The translations under genes and the position numbers were made by a program. The notes under the pieces were generated by a model that worked only from the letters and a program-made list of their open reading frames with translations, was not told where the DNA came from and ran no database searches. A stretch of DNA of 64,000 nucleotides from a virus: IMG/VR virus record IMGVR_UViG_3300049845_000291, positions 64,001 to 128,000 of that record, one strand, 5' to 3'. Every line of letters begins with the position of its first letter. Position 1 is the first letter of the stretch. This document shows positions 46,128 to 55,986 of this stretch, one piece after another.

Positions 46128-46454
46128 TCAGTCTCCCGAGTCGATGTCGAAAGTCGAGTGACAATGCTTGCATGTGTACACCGTGTAGCACCTGCCAGCG
46201 CTGCGACCCGTGTATTCGTGCAGACAGCCTTGGTCTGTCCCTGGCCTGGTCTTGGTGTACCCCAAGGCCTTCATGGACATGGTCTGTCCGCCGCAGTTGT
46301 CGCAGGTCTTGGTGTCGGTATCGGGATCGTAGTATGACAGACCGCCCTTCCAGGTCCGCATCCAGGCGTCGCCATCCGCCAACTTGACGCGCGTCGTGCC
46401 ATTGCACGCAGGACAGACCGAGCAGCCTTTGGGGATTTCCAGGTTCGGGTTCAT
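46128..46454 (-). CDS. Cys-rich zinc-binding protein
   Basis: CPACNG, CDNCGG, CLH, CKHC. Confidence 0.7.
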   Translation of the reverse strand: MNPNLEIPKGCSVCPACNGTTRVKLADGDAWMRTWKGGLSYYDPDTDTKTCDNCGGQTMSMKALGYTKTRPGTDQGCLHEYTGRSAGRCYTVYTCKHCHSTFDIDSGD

Positions 46455-47842
46455 TCGGTCACCACCACGTCAAAGATCGCATGGTCATTGTACAGCTGCT
46501 TGAAGAACCAGTGGTACTCTTCAGGGGTTCGAGCTTCGAGGACCCTCGCGTGAATCGGGTCAGGGTAGCGATTGCTCGTGTACTGCTGGTGTCCACCATA
46601 CGTATTCGTGAATGAGGTCTCAAAGTCGTGGTTGACGGCGACAGCCCTGAGGGAGTTTTCCTCGAGAATCGCCGGCAGCGCGTACGCGACCTTACGCCGC
46701 CAACCTCGGAAGGTACTGCCACCAAGCGTTCCCATGTCGCTGTACAGTTGGTCCTGGATCACGAAGACGGCACCAGCACTCGGCCACCAGCCATAGTCTG
46801 ACCAGTTGTCATGCGGCAGCTTTGCCATGGCGGCCTGCACGCGCTTCCAGCGCTCTTCCGTCCACGGTCGGAGCTTGAGCACTGGGTTCTTGATCGGCTT
46901 GGCGGACAAGGTGACCCAAGCCGCGGTGGTTGCCGAGCTCGCAAAGAACACCGAGCACTCGTGTAGCCTTGCGATGTTTGGCGCGCCATTGAGTACCAGG
47001 TCATTTGCCGGGGGTGCTTCATCGAGCTCCTTGGCAAATGATGCTTGTCGGTAAAGTACCACCGCCGGCGTCTCACCGATCTCACGCTGGTCATTCACAT
47101 CCTCGCTCAAGCGCACGATGGCCTCGTACTTGACACTGGGTTTGGCCGCGTACTTGTACATCCAGGCGGTGGCTGGCCGGAGCTGCTTGGCGCCATCGAT
47201 CTCTGGGAAATGGACCTTAGCCTCGGCCACGTCCTTGTCGACGTAGTTCACGATGGAGGCATGGACCTCGCCGATGAACAGCGCCACCGTGCCGTCCTGC
47301 ATTAGGTACAGCTTGCCGGGTTGACGGGTCTTCAGGTTCGCCGGGCGCTTGAGCTCCTCAGCGGCCTTGATGGCGTTCTGGTACTCCTCGGAGTTCTCGT
47401 GCAGCAGCACGTTGTCGCCACCCGACCTGGCCAGGATGCACTTGCCGGGGATCAAGCCGCCCGCCTGCAGACCACAGGTCTGGATCAGCGCCATCAGGTT
47501 TCGAGACTGGATCTCGAGCTCGTACCCCAGCGGATCCATGACACGCCAGACCACGTTCCCTCCACCCCAGTACGTGCGCTTGATGTCGTCGGTGATGACC
47601 CATCCCGCACGCAGCTCGTTGTCCAGGACCTTGAGCTCGCCGTTCTTGGCCTGTTGACCCCAACCCAAGGTCCAGTTCTTGACGGTCTCCTGGCGCTTGC
47701 GACCCGCGGCGTTGTCCTCATACGGGGTCGCAAACCCAAGCGGTGCCTCTCCCGCGTTGTGCTTGATCCCCACATAGAGCTTGGAGAAGATCTTGAGCGC
47801 GGCATTGCGCTCGTACTGGAAGCTGTACAGAACTTGCGTCAT
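46451..47842 (-). CDS. Conserved large-phage hypothetical protein
   Basis: LGFATPY...N....G...DP.G.ELEI...NL motif. Confidence 0.75.
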   Translation of the reverse strand: MTQVLYSFQYERNAALKIFSKLYVGIKHNAGEAPLGFATPYEDNAAGRKRQETVKNWTLGWGQQAKNGELKVLDNELRAGWVITDDIKRTYWGGGNVVWRVMDPLGYELEIQSRNLMALIQTCGLQAGGLIPGKCILARSGGDNVLLHENSEEYQNAIKAAEELKRPANLKTRQPGKLYLMQDGTVALFIGEVHASIVNYVDKDVAEAKVHFPEIDGAKQLRPATAWMYKYAAKPSVKYEAIVRLSEDVNDQREIGETPAVVLYRQASFAKELDEAPPANDLVLNGAPNIARLHECSVFFASSATTAAWVTLSAKPIKNPVLKLRPWTEERWKRVQAAMAKLPHDNWSDYGWWPSAGAVFVIQDQLYSDMGTLGGSTFRGWRRKVAYALPAILEENSLRAVAVNHDFETSFTNTYGGHQQYTSNRYPDPIHARVLEARTPEEYHWFFKQLYNDHAIFDVVVTE

Positions 47843-47882
47843 GAGTGGGCGAAGAATACAGGCATTAGGTGACAAATAGCGT

Positions 47883-48428
47883 TCAGAGCGGCCGTAGGGT
47901 CAGTGGCCGCTCGTCTTCTGGCTTGCTGTTCAGCAACACGTACGGGGCCAGTTTTGGGGGCGGCTCGGACGGCTCCTCGGCGACGATAGGGGCCTCAGGC
48001 GACACCGAACCGACGACGGTGATAGGGCCCTCATCGGCCGAGCTGGTGTCACCGGCCCACTCCAGGTACACGTCGAAATCGACGTACGACCCATCACGCG
48101 GCAGCAGCTCGTCCGGGATCTCGTCCGGTGTCAGCTCCTGGCCCTCGGTCACGTCGTACACGAACTGGTTGGCTTGGACCTTGAAGACCTGCCGGGCCGT
48201 GAGGATCGCGTTACGCAAGGTGATGGCCTCGTCCAGCTTCTTGGACAGGACCTTGACGAGCGTCTCATGCGTCACGGGCACGACCAGCCAGGTCACGAAC
48301 TCCGTGGTCTCGTCCTGCCAGATCATCAGAAAGTTCTGCTCGATCGTGGGATCGACCCAGTGCTCGAGCAGTGGTCGATCGTAGTACGACAGCGTCTCAA
48401 CGTGCTTCAGGGTTTCAGCGAACTTCAT
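47883..48428 (-). CDS. Hypothetical acidic protein
   Basis: L.YYD.P, WLVVPV, ELLP motifs. Confidence 0.65.
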   Translation of the reverse strand: MKFAETLKHVETLSYYDRPLLEHWVDPTIEQNFLMIWQDETTEFVTWLVVPVTHETLVKVLSKKLDEAITLRNAILTARQVFKVQANQFVYDVTEGQELTPDEIPDELLPRDGSYVDFDVYLEWAGDTSSADEGPITVVGSVSPEAPIVAEEPSEPPPKLAPYVLLNSKPEDERPLTLRPL

Positions 48429-48637
48429 GTGATCTCCACCGTCCTCATGCACAGCGCCAGGACCTCATCGTACGACCTGCACTTCAGCGCCGCCGCGGAG
48501 AACTCCTTGGCCGCTTCCTTGTGGCCGGCGCGCTTGAGCGCCATGCTCACGGTGCCGATGATCGAGAACACGTTCCCGTCAGAGTTCGAGAGCTGGACCT
48601 CGATGTCAGGGAACTTGATGTCGGTGCTGTCACTCAC
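48425..48637 (-). CDS. Small conserved hypothetical protein
   Basis: DGNVFSIIG.V..ALK.AG...SYD motif. Confidence 0.7.
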   Translation of the reverse strand: MSDSTDIKFPDIEVQLSNSDGNVFSIIGTVSMALKRAGHKEAAKEFSAAALKCRSYDEVLALCMRTVEIT

Positions 48638-50169
48638 TTGGACTCCTTCTTCGGCAGCTCGATCAACACGAGCTCAGACTTCGCGCGGGTTGCCGCAACG
48701 TAGCACAGGTTGTTTTCCTGCTCGACCTCCCAGGCCTGACGAGCCCAGGCGCTGGGGCCAGATTGCAGCCACACAACGCGGTTCCACTCGCGGCCCTTGC
48801 TCTTGTGGATCGAGCTGAACAGCACGGCCTTGGCGTCACCTTCCTCGGTGAAGATCGCGTCGATCTCTTGGCAGACACGGTCGACGGGGTTGGCGCAGTC
48901 CGGATCGATGGCCAGCACTCGATTCACGATCGTGACCAGGCAGTTCACCTTGTCCTCGACCGCGGCGGCCTTGGCCTCCTGCTCCTTGACACGGTACTTG
49001 GCGGACTCGCGCTCCGAGTACGTGGCGAGCTTATCCAGCAGCGCGGTCAGCTTCTTGACCTTCCAGCGACGCGCCAGAACCTTCAGCCCGTTCCCGATCT
49101 CGCGGCCTTCGACCTTGGCGGGGATGCCAGCGGCGATGAACTTGTACACGTACTCGAGCAGCGGCGCGTTGAAGCGGCACAGGATGGCATCACCAGGCGT
49201 CGCGACATTCGACAGGTTCTCGATCGTGTCGGTCTTGACGGTGCCGTCCGGCGCGCTGTCGGCGGCTTGGATGTGGTTCACCCACTGTTGAGCGTACGTG
49301 ACGACGCTCTTGGGGCAGCGGAACGTCGTGGTCAGCGGCAGCTGCTTGGCGTTCACGGCCTTGGCGATCAGATCGAGGCTGTCGGCGTCGGCACCGGTGA
49401 AGCCGTAGATCGCTTGGTGACGATCACCGACAGCGACCAGGCGGCCGCCTCGCTTCAGCATCCGCAGGGCGAGCAGGCGACGCGTCTCGTTCGTGTCCTG
49501 GGCTTCGTCGATCAGCACCCAGTCATGTTCGAACATGCGCACGTTGTGCACGAGCGGCGCGTAGATCATGTCGTCGAAGTCCACGACCTCGGTGTCGCGC
49601 TCGATCGAGCGCGCCAGGGTCTTGCGCGCGAGCTGGATGATCAGGCGGGAGTTGTCGACACCGGTGTCCTCATCGTACACCTCGACGTCGAAGTGCTCGA
49701 CCAGGTCCATCCAGACGTTGAAGTCCTCGGCACGCTTGGTCAGACCGACACCGGCTTGCTTGGCCAGCGAGACCAGCTGCAGGACGGGGCCTTCGAAGTT
49801 CTTGTACCCGGCTTCGGGGTTGCGCTCGCACGCGGCGCGGAAGATCTCGCGGCACTTGTACCCGTCGACCTGCACCTTCGGTGCAGCGCGGCGCCAGGCC
49901 TTGAAACCGGCGGCGTGCATCGTGCTGATGAACAGGCCTTGACGCTGCGGCGCACGGGCTTGGATCTCCTCGGCGATCTTCTTGTTGTACGCACCGAAGA
50001 AGATCGAGCCGTTCATCAGGCTCAGACCGTGGATCAGGGTGCTGGTCTTACCAGCACCAGCGACCGCTTCGAGGATGCAGGACCCGATGCCGTTGATGAT
50101 CCAGTCGAAGAAGACCGACTGCTGCGGCGAGGGTTGGAAGACTGCGGCGATGGCGTTCGGCGTATGCAT
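48634..50169 (-). CDS. UvrD/Rep-family (SF1) DNA helicase
   Basis: AVAGAGKT, DFDDM, IDEAQD, VGDRHQAIYGF, TFRCP, SIHKSKGRE, YVAATRA. Confidence 0.93.
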   Translation of the reverse strand: MHTPNAIAAVFQPSPQQSVFFDWIINGIGSCILEAVAGAGKTSTLIHGLSLMNGSIFFGAYNKKIAEEIQARAPQRQGLFISTMHAAGFKAWRRAAPKVQVDGYKCREIFRAACERNPEAGYKNFEGPVLQLVSLAKQAGVGLTKRAEDFNVWMDLVEHFDVEVYDEDTGVDNSRLIIQLARKTLARSIERDTEVVDFDDMIYAPLVHNVRMFEHDWVLIDEAQDTNETRRLLALRMLKRGGRLVAVGDRHQAIYGFTGADADSLDLIAKAVNAKQLPLTTTFRCPKSVVTYAQQWVNHIQAADSAPDGTVKTDTIENLSNVATPGDAILCRFNAPLLEYVYKFIAAGIPAKVEGREIGNGLKVLARRWKVKKLTALLDKLATYSERESAKYRVKEQEAKAAAVEDKVNCLVTIVNRVLAIDPDCANPVDRVCQEIDAIFTEEGDAKAVLFSSIHKSKGREWNRVVWLQSGPSAWARQAWEVEQENNLCYVAATRAKSELVLIELPKKESK

Positions 50170-50220
50170 GACCTGCATCATACCACGCCGGTCGGTCAAC
50201 CTGTAACGACTCCCCGGCCG

Positions 50221-50751
50221 TTACAACTTGACGGTGTTGTGCAGCGAGGCGGCGCGACGATCGAAGTAGTACGCGTCTTTGCCGGTTTTGATTGGTCGCC
50301 CCGGTGCGTTCAAGAGCTTCTTGAACGAGATCGCGCCCTTGTACTTAACCTCCTGATGCGAGGGGCTCGTGTACTCGAAGGAATGGATCAAGACGTCGCC
50401 ACCGTCCTTCACGATGTTGCTCCAGCACACATGCTCGTCCCAGGCGATGGTGTGGGTGCCGCTCAAGATGAGCTTTCCTCCCTGGCAGAACCAAGTCGCG
50501 GCCTTGTCGTCTTCAAGGATGCCATTCACGATACGGTCGTAGTTCGCCTTGCCAAACGACGGCTCAAAGGGCACCCCACGCCTGATGAGCTCCATGCTGT
50601 GCTCGTACTCAACGGCGAGACCCAATCGCCAGCGACCTTTGCGCTCCTCGTTCAAGATCCTGTGCGCTTGAGCCCAGAGCTCAGTTTCTTCGTTCGCGAG
50701 CTCTACCGCATCGTTGGTGATCGGCAGGATTTCGTTGTACTGCAGCCTCAC
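50221..50751 (-). CDS. Hypothetical protein
   Basis: GTGA overlap with methyltransferase. Confidence 0.6.
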   Translation of the reverse strand: MRLQYNEILPITNDAVELANEETELWAQAHRILNEERKGRWRLGLAVEYEHSMELIRRGVPFEPSFGKANYDRIVNGILEDDKAATWFCQGGKLILSGTHTIAWDEHVCWSNIVKDGGDVLIHSFEYTSPSHQEVKYKGAISFKKLLNAPGRPIKTGKDAYYFDRRAASLHNTVKL

Positions 50752-51566
50752 GCTTGAGCTCGACGGCGCCAGATCTTTGGCATCCGATTGAAGCCGTCAA
50801 AGACCTTGTCGAAATGCATCTCGATCGCCTTAGTGGTGATACGGCGGGCCTGTCGAAAGCCAACCAATCCATGCCCCTCGATATCGTACGTGTCGAAGTG
50901 CCCGATGTTTTCCGAGCTGCCATTAAAGCCGGAGCTCTCGGCCAAGTAACCACCAGGCTTCACGAGCCTGAGCAGCTCTCTCACGTGTGCCAGAGGATCG
51001 GTGTAGTGCTCAAGCACCTCGAATGACAACACCAGGTCGTATTGCTTCTCTGGAAAGGTGCTGTGCAGCTTAACGGGTGGCAGTCCGAAAAACTGCAGGG
51101 CGTGCTGCATGTACCTCGCCTGCGCCTCGTTATCGTTGAAAGCCTCGATTTTCTCGAAGCCATTGAGCTTCATGTGCGCCGTCGTAAGACCGCAACCGTT
51201 ATACATGTCTAGCACGTCCATCTCGGCCGGCTTTGCCCCCTCGTACCAGATCCCTTGAGTCACCCTGGTGTCAATAACACGGCCACCAATGACGTTTCCA
51301 GGCTTGTGGCGCCCGAAGTACTTGATTACCCCACCTGTGCAGGCCTTCGACTTCTCGAAGCAATGGATGCCCTCGTAGTTGTACTGCGGATCTCGATACA
51401 CCGAGTAGTCCGGCCGACCTGACTTCAGGGACGCGGTCCATTGGTCATGCAGGCGACTCTTGATCGTGAACATGTCGTCCTCAAGGTCAGCGTAAGTCTC
51501 GTACGACGTTCCTTCGAACGCGTTTGTGAGCTCGACGATTTCCTTCGGCGAGATGTTCGTTGTCAT
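50748..51566 (-). CDS. Class I SAM-dependent methyltransferase
   Basis: VLDMYNGCG, YDLVLSFEVLEH..DP, LVKPGG. Confidence 0.85.
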   Translation of the reverse strand: MTTNISPKEIVELTNAFEGTSYETYADLEDDMFTIKSRLHDQWTASLKSGRPDYSVYRDPQYNYEGIHCFEKSKACTGGVIKYFGRHKPGNVIGGRVIDTRVTQGIWYEGAKPAEMDVLDMYNGCGLTTAHMKLNGFEKIEAFNDNEAQARYMQHALQFFGLPPVKLHSTFPEKQYDLVLSFEVLEHYTDPLAHVRELLRLVKPGGYLAESSGFNGSSENIGHFDTYDIEGHGLVGFRQARRITTKAIEMHFDKVFDGFNRMPKIWRRRAQA

Positions 51567-51568
51567 AG

Positions 51569-51976
51569 TCAGCGTCTTTGGAAGGTTGGTGCAGCCAGCT
51601 TCATCTTTGGCAGCTTAGCTTGCAGCTTCAGGATGTGGCGCTCCATCTCGAGAATCAGATCTTCCTTGGTCTGCACGCCGTAGAACCGCATCAAGCGCTC
51701 GAGGTCACGGTCCTCGAGTGTCGGCCCGATGAGCTCTTCGTTCTGGATCGTGTTCGTTTCTGGGGTGCCTTCGATCGGATCGATGTACCAGATCTTCGAT
51801 ACCCCTGGCCCATCGGGGACCGCCAAGCACTCCGTCTCGTACGTGCCGTACATGGAGCGGTGATAGAACGTGTGCGTGCTCTGCACCAGGTGCAGCTGGT
51901 CCAGATGCACACGACGCTCAACCTCACCAGAGTCGTACTGATCGGGCGATCGAACGATAGCAAAGCCGCCCTCCAA
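51569..51976 (-). CDS. Hypothetical protein (TTG start, or frameshifted from 52008)
   Basis: GAGGT SD 6 nt before TTG; good codon bias in this frame. Confidence 0.55.
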   Translation of the reverse strand: MEGGFAIVRSPDQYDSGEVERRVHLDQLHLVQSTHTFYHRSMYGTYETECLAVPDGPGVSKIWYIDPIEGTPETNTIQNEELIGPTLEDRDLERLMRFYGVQTKEDLILEMERHILKLQAKLPKMKLAAPTFQRR

Positions 51977-52004
51977 CGATCGACCTCGATGAGCAGCTCG
52001 TCCA

Positions 52005-52283
52005 TCATCCCAGGATCTCGTTGAACTCAAAGAGCTCGAAGGTCTCATGTCCACGACAGCGCTGGTTCACGAACCCAGCGATTTCTCTTCTTGCGTGGTT
52101 TAACCGCCCGCCATCGAGGAACCGATTGACATTCTTACGTAGCTCCACCAGCTCGTGGCCGATGCCCCATCCTTCGGTGACCTTCTCGATGTTCTCGACG
52201 ATCTTGAGCAGCTCTTCCCGCCCACTGGCTCGGTACAGCCTCACGTTCCCATACGACATCCAGACCAGGATCAATTGAACCAC
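52005..52283 (-). CDS. Hypothetical protein
   Basis: In operon. Confidence 0.55.
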   Translation of the reverse strand: MVQLILVWMSYGNVRLYRASGREELLKIVENIEKVTEGWGIGHELVELRKNVNRFLDGGRLNHARREIAGFVNQRCRGHETFELFEFNEILG

Positions 52284-52837
52284 CTCGGACGCTTAGAGTC
52301 ACCAGTCATGCGGTTCCACTGACGGAACCACCCCTCAACCTGAACCATCAGAACACGATCGTTCTGGTTATGAGCTTGTGATTCGAGCTCGGTCATCATC
52401 GTCCAGAACGAGCTGATCACGTCCTTATGCATGGACGGTTTGATCTTGTTCAGCTCGATCGCACCACCCTGCCGGCCTTGAACCAAGAGGAACTGCGATG
52501 CGTTCAGCCACTTGGTGACGCGAATCGCGCGTTCGGCGATCGGCAGGATCTGTGATCCCCGCAGCTTCTTGCCCTGATGCCATTGATCATTGTCCATGCG
52601 GAGCGCGATCCAGACGTCAAACGACTCATCTTCCTGATTGAAGGTCTGGAACGATTTGAAGTACTTTGCGGGGTGCCAATCTCTGGTCCAGTCATTGATC
52701 CTGACGATGTCGCTCGTGAGACGGCGGTCAATTGTGCCAAGAAGACGCAGCATGATCACCCCGTACTGCTGGTGATGGAACTGCTTCAGCGGCGCCGCGT
52801 CACCAACCAACCGCTCCTCGGCCAGCCCGGTGTTCAC
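52271..52837 (-). CDS. Hypothetical protein
   Basis: In operon; start uncertain. Confidence 0.55.
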   Translation of the reverse strand: MNTGLAEERLVGDAAPLKQFHHQQYGVIMLRLLGTIDRRLTSDIVRINDWTRDWHPAKYFKSFQTFNQEDESFDVWIALRMDNDQWHQGKKLRGSQILPIAERAIRVTKWLNASQFLLVQGRQGGAIELNKIKPSMHKDVISSFWTMMTELESQAHNQNDRVLMVQVEGWFRQWNRMTGDSKRPRWFN

Positions 52838-53340
52838 AGCAGCTCCTGCAGCTCAGCGACCAGGCTCTCGATGCGCAGCGCATTCCTCGAGCGCAGCGCC
52901 TTCGTGGGGTACACGACCTTCTCCTTGGAGACCAGGATCGATCCCTCGGGCGGCGTCAGGAAGTCTACCAGGTCGAGCGCGCAGTCGTACACGTCCTGCA
53001 GCCCAGCGGCGTGGCCTTCGGACCAGGCCTTCGAGTACAGCAGCTCTCGCATCGGGTGCTGCTCGATGTCGAGGTCCTTGAAGAGATCATGCTTGAAGCG
53101 TTCGTACATCTCGCGCTCCAGCGTCGCGTACTTCTCGCGCGCGGCCTTGAAGGCCTGCTCGTCGACGACGGTCTCGACGACGCAGTGCTTCAGGTCCGGG
53201 CCGAGGGTCTGCTTGCGCACCGGGACCTTGTCGCCGGGGTTCTGTTGCCAGCACAGCACGCCGCGGTTGTACCAGTACTTGGTCTGGAAGGCCGACTTGG
53301 ACGGGTAGTCCATCGGGACCTTGTAGTCCTTGAAGTTCAT
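52834..53340 (-). CDS. Hypothetical protein
   Basis: FKHDL...YSKAW..GHAAG motif; ATGA overlap. Confidence 0.7.
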   Translation of the reverse strand: MNFKDYKVPMDYPSKSAFQTKYWYNRGVLCWQQNPGDKVPVRKQTLGPDLKHCVVETVVDEQAFKAAREKYATLEREMYERFKHDLFKDLDIEQHPMRELLYSKAWSEGHAAGLQDVYDCALDLVDFLTPPEGSILVSKEKVVYPTKALRSRNALRIESLVAELQELL

Positions 53341-53624
53341 CCTTGCTCTCCGTTGGCATCTGTGTAGAAGAACCACTCGTCGATGGTCCAGATGTCCGGC
53401 GGAAAGTACTGGTCCTTGCCGCCGACACGATGGAAGAAGTCGGACGTGTCGAACGACCGGTTCAGGTACGAGAAGGTGCCAACCTTCGCGGCCCATGCCG
53501 CCTCAGCCGCCTCCTGGAATTCCAGGAGCGCATCCTCTTTCGAGGGGTGGACGATCGGCACGACGCGCTCACATGAGTACGTGCAACCATCGCCAATGGT
53601 GTGGATCAGGACCAGCTTGCTCAT
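53337..53624 (-). CDS. Hypothetical protein
   Basis: DGCTYSC...TIDEWF; ATG 7 nt after TACAAT. Confidence 0.65.
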   Translation of the reverse strand: MSKLVLIHTIGDGCTYSCERVVPIVHPSKEDALLEFQEAAEAAWAAKVGTFSYLNRSFDTSDFFHRVGGKDQYFPPDIWTIDEWFFYTDANGEQG

Positions 53625-53665
53625 GTGAGCATTGTACCCCGATCTAGGGGTGACCTTGTAACGTG

Positions 53666-54337
53666 TTACGAGAGCACGATGTACTTTGCGGTCTTGTCGC
53701 CTCGAGCCAGCAGCGCGGCGAAGCGGTGGTACCCGTCAATCAGACGCGGCGAGCCGTCAGGGCGGCGGTGAACAACGCCGACGGGAATTCCCGCCGCGAA
53801 CTCGTACTGCGTGCCGCGTTTGGCGCGCATGTACTCATCATTCCCCACGAGCCCATCGAGTGCCAGTTCTTCGATCTCGACGTTCTTGCACTCGTTGATC
53901 ACGTCGAGCACGAAGGAGTACTCAGCCTCCAGGACCTTGCGGATCTTTTGGAGGTCGCTCTCCAGGTTCAAGATCTCGTTGATTGCTGGCAACAGGTCGT
54001 GTGCACCCTCAAAGGTGATGTCGTCGATCTCTTCGCCGTAGTACCCACCCGTCACGGAGATGGAGAACTTTTCTGGCTCGTACGCCTTGTGCAGACGGAG
54101 CAGACGGTCGATGCAGTACATCTCAATCGTGCTGGCCGTGTCATGCACGAAACGGAGGCGCTTTCCTCCAGTCTGCTTTTGGACCTCGATCAGCCCCTCA
54201 AGATTTACTGAGGTGGTGCGCAGGTTCTCGTACCGACCACAGCGACAGATCGAGTCACAACCAGCTTCTTCGCAGTTCGTCACGTACTCATAGTCGTACT
54301 CGACCGCGTACCGGGCCTGAAGGGACGCCAACCTCAT
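53666..54337 (-). CDS. Protein with Cys cluster and C-terminal ParB/Srx-like motif
   Basis: CEEAGCDSICRC; LIDGYHRFAA. Confidence 0.6.
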   Translation of the reverse strand: MRLASLQARYAVEYDYEYVTNCEEAGCDSICRCGRYENLRTTSVNLEGLIEVQKQTGGKRLRFVHDTASTIEMYCIDRLLRLHKAYEPEKFSISVTGGYYGEEIDDITFEGAHDLLPAINEILNLESDLQKIRKVLEAEYSFVLDVINECKNVEIEELALDGLVGNDEYMRAKRGTQYEFAAGIPVGVVHRRPDGSPRLIDGYHRFAALLARGDKTAKYIVLS

Positions 54338-54813
54338 CGAATTCCCCTTGGATGCAGCATGATGGCCTTGATTCGCTCGATGCCAAGATCAAGATCATCA
54401 AAGAGCTCCAGATGTTGGAACATCGAGCACAGCACCTGGACATTCCCGCGCCGCCAAAAGCCAGGTGGGCAGACCACCACCGTCCGTACCCCAACGCCAG
54501 CCAGAAGCCCAAGCTCCAGCAGTGAGATCGGTGATTGGGTGCCAGGCTGCAAGTACATCAGCACTGCCGTGCTGGTGCGAATGTAGTCCAGCTCCCACCG
54601 CACCTGGGTCTCAAACTCCTTGTTTGTGATGTCTTGGACCCATGACGCGTTCCACACCGGCCGGCGAGGATTCAAGACCGTGCAGTCAAGATCTGCTAGC
54701 TCGCTGATGACGCGTGCTTGCCAGTCTACAGCTAGGCCCTGTTCAATCGAACCGGCCAAGAACACAGCCGGCGGCGACACCGCGCCGCGCTCTGGAGCGA
54801 CTAGGACCTTCAT
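54334..54813 (-). CDS. Nucleoside 2-deoxyribosyltransferase-like protein
   Basis: VFLAGSI, DWQ, NPRR, QVRWE, SPISLLELG. Confidence 0.85.
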   Translation of the reverse strand: MKVLVAPERGAVSPPAVFLAGSIEQGLAVDWQARVISELADLDCTVLNPRRPVWNASWVQDITNKEFETQVRWELDYIRTSTAVLMYLQPGTQSPISLLELGLLAGVGVRTVVVCPPGFWRRGNVQVLCSMFQHLELFDDLDLGIERIKAIMLHPRGIR

Positions 54814-55091
54814 CCAAAGCGCTTCTCAAGCAGCTCGGCGGCAGCAGCCAGCCCACGCTTGTACAGGGTCTTTGGGGTGCTGGCAAAGACCTGGCGGGCA
54901 ACGTACTCGTTGCTCAGCACGGCGCCGCTGGCGGTGATCTTGTACGACACCGGCTGACGCTTGATGCGGCCACGTAGCACAATGGTGCCGTTCTTGACCT
55001 GACGGCCAGAGCTTGTGAACTTCAGTCCACGATTCAGGAGCTCCTGCGCCTCTTTGGTTTGCAGGGCCGCGAGCACGTTCTTGACAGTCAT
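54810..55091 (-). CDS. Small basic hypothetical protein
   Basis: In operon. Confidence 0.6.
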   Translation of the reverse strand: MTVKNVLAALQTKEAQELLNRGLKFTSSGRQVKNGTIVLRGRIKRQPVSYKITASGAVLSNEYVARQVFASTPKTLYKRGLAAAAELLEKRFG

Positions 55092-55312
55092 GATGACCTC
55101 ACTTGACTTTGTTCAACGATTTGAAGGAGCGCCTTCAGCCGCTCCGCGAACTGACCAATCTCTTCAGGATTGATCGACCAGCGTTGTGTTTGCAGCACGA
55201 TGTACGGACCGCCTCCTGCATCGGCGATCTCAACGTGCAGCTCATGAATAGGTTCATTGCTGCAGCTGTCAGGATCTTGCGTCAGCAGGAACTTGGCACC
55301 ATCTATCCTCAT
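55088..55312 (-). CDS. Hypothetical protein
   Basis: In operon. Confidence 0.55.
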   Translation of the reverse strand: MRIDGAKFLLTQDPDSCSNEPIHELHVEIADAGGGPYIVLQTQRWSINPEEIGQFAERLKALLQIVEQSQVRSS

Positions 55313-55986
55313 CGATAGATCTCCGAACGGTTGTTGCGGATCACAACAACCTGCTGGAAATCAGTGAGCGCCTTGTCCAGGTCTTCACCTGAGAGGACCC
55401 CGTCCCAGATCATGCCATTGCCCCAGCCCCGTTCCTCATCGAGGACTGATTTGAGACGCTTGTTGTTGGTGTCGACTATCTTGCGAATCCTGGCCGTGAG
55501 CGACCGCATGGAGCACTCCCCGAGCTCCCCGTAGATCGCGCGAATGATCTCTTGAGAGGTGCGATCGGTCAGCCGCTGAAGCCTGACCGGTTCAGGTGTG
55601 CTCACGTACAACGTCACCATCTGCCAGCCCTTGGAGCCACAGTACTTGCGGTAGATCTCAAGGCCATTGGGCTCCAAGATCACGATTGGGGGAGGAAGAC
55701 CGGGTGCCAGCTTCGACTCCATCTCCTTGTGTGTCACCCCGTACCGCACACCGTTGAAGGTCACCAGCTCGGCAAAGAGCCCCTCAGCCTCCATTTCACG
55801 AGAGCGATCGGTCGTGATGAAGAAGTAATCAACGCCTTCACGCTCATCGACACGAGGCATGCGGTCCGTTGTGCTGACGATTCGTTCACACCCAAGCTTC
55901 GTGACCAGCGCCTCAAGGAGGTAGCTCTTTCCAGAGCAAGTTGGTGCGGTGATCGTGATTAGGGTCGGGTACTTGAATTTGATCAT
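55309..55986 (-). CDS. Guanylate kinase-like NMP kinase
   Basis: APTCSGKS, VSTTDRMPRVDEREGVDYFF, YG. Confidence 0.88.
   Translation of the reverse strand: MIKFKYPTLITITAPTCSGKSYLLEALVTKLGCERIVSTTDRMPRVDEREGVDYFFITTDRSREMEAEGLFAELVTFNGVRYGVTHKEMESKLAPGLPPPIVILEPNGLEIYRKYCGSKGWQMVTLYVSTPEPVRLQRLTDRTSQEIIRAIYGELGECSMRSLTARIRKIVDTNNKRLKSVLDEERGWGNGMIWDGVLSGEDLDKALTDFQQVVVIRNNRSEIYR

Noticed and set aside
48763-50757. 664-aa plus-strand ORF
   Set aside because: Antisense shadow of the UvrD helicase caused by strong GC3 bias; no motifs, SD or late promoter
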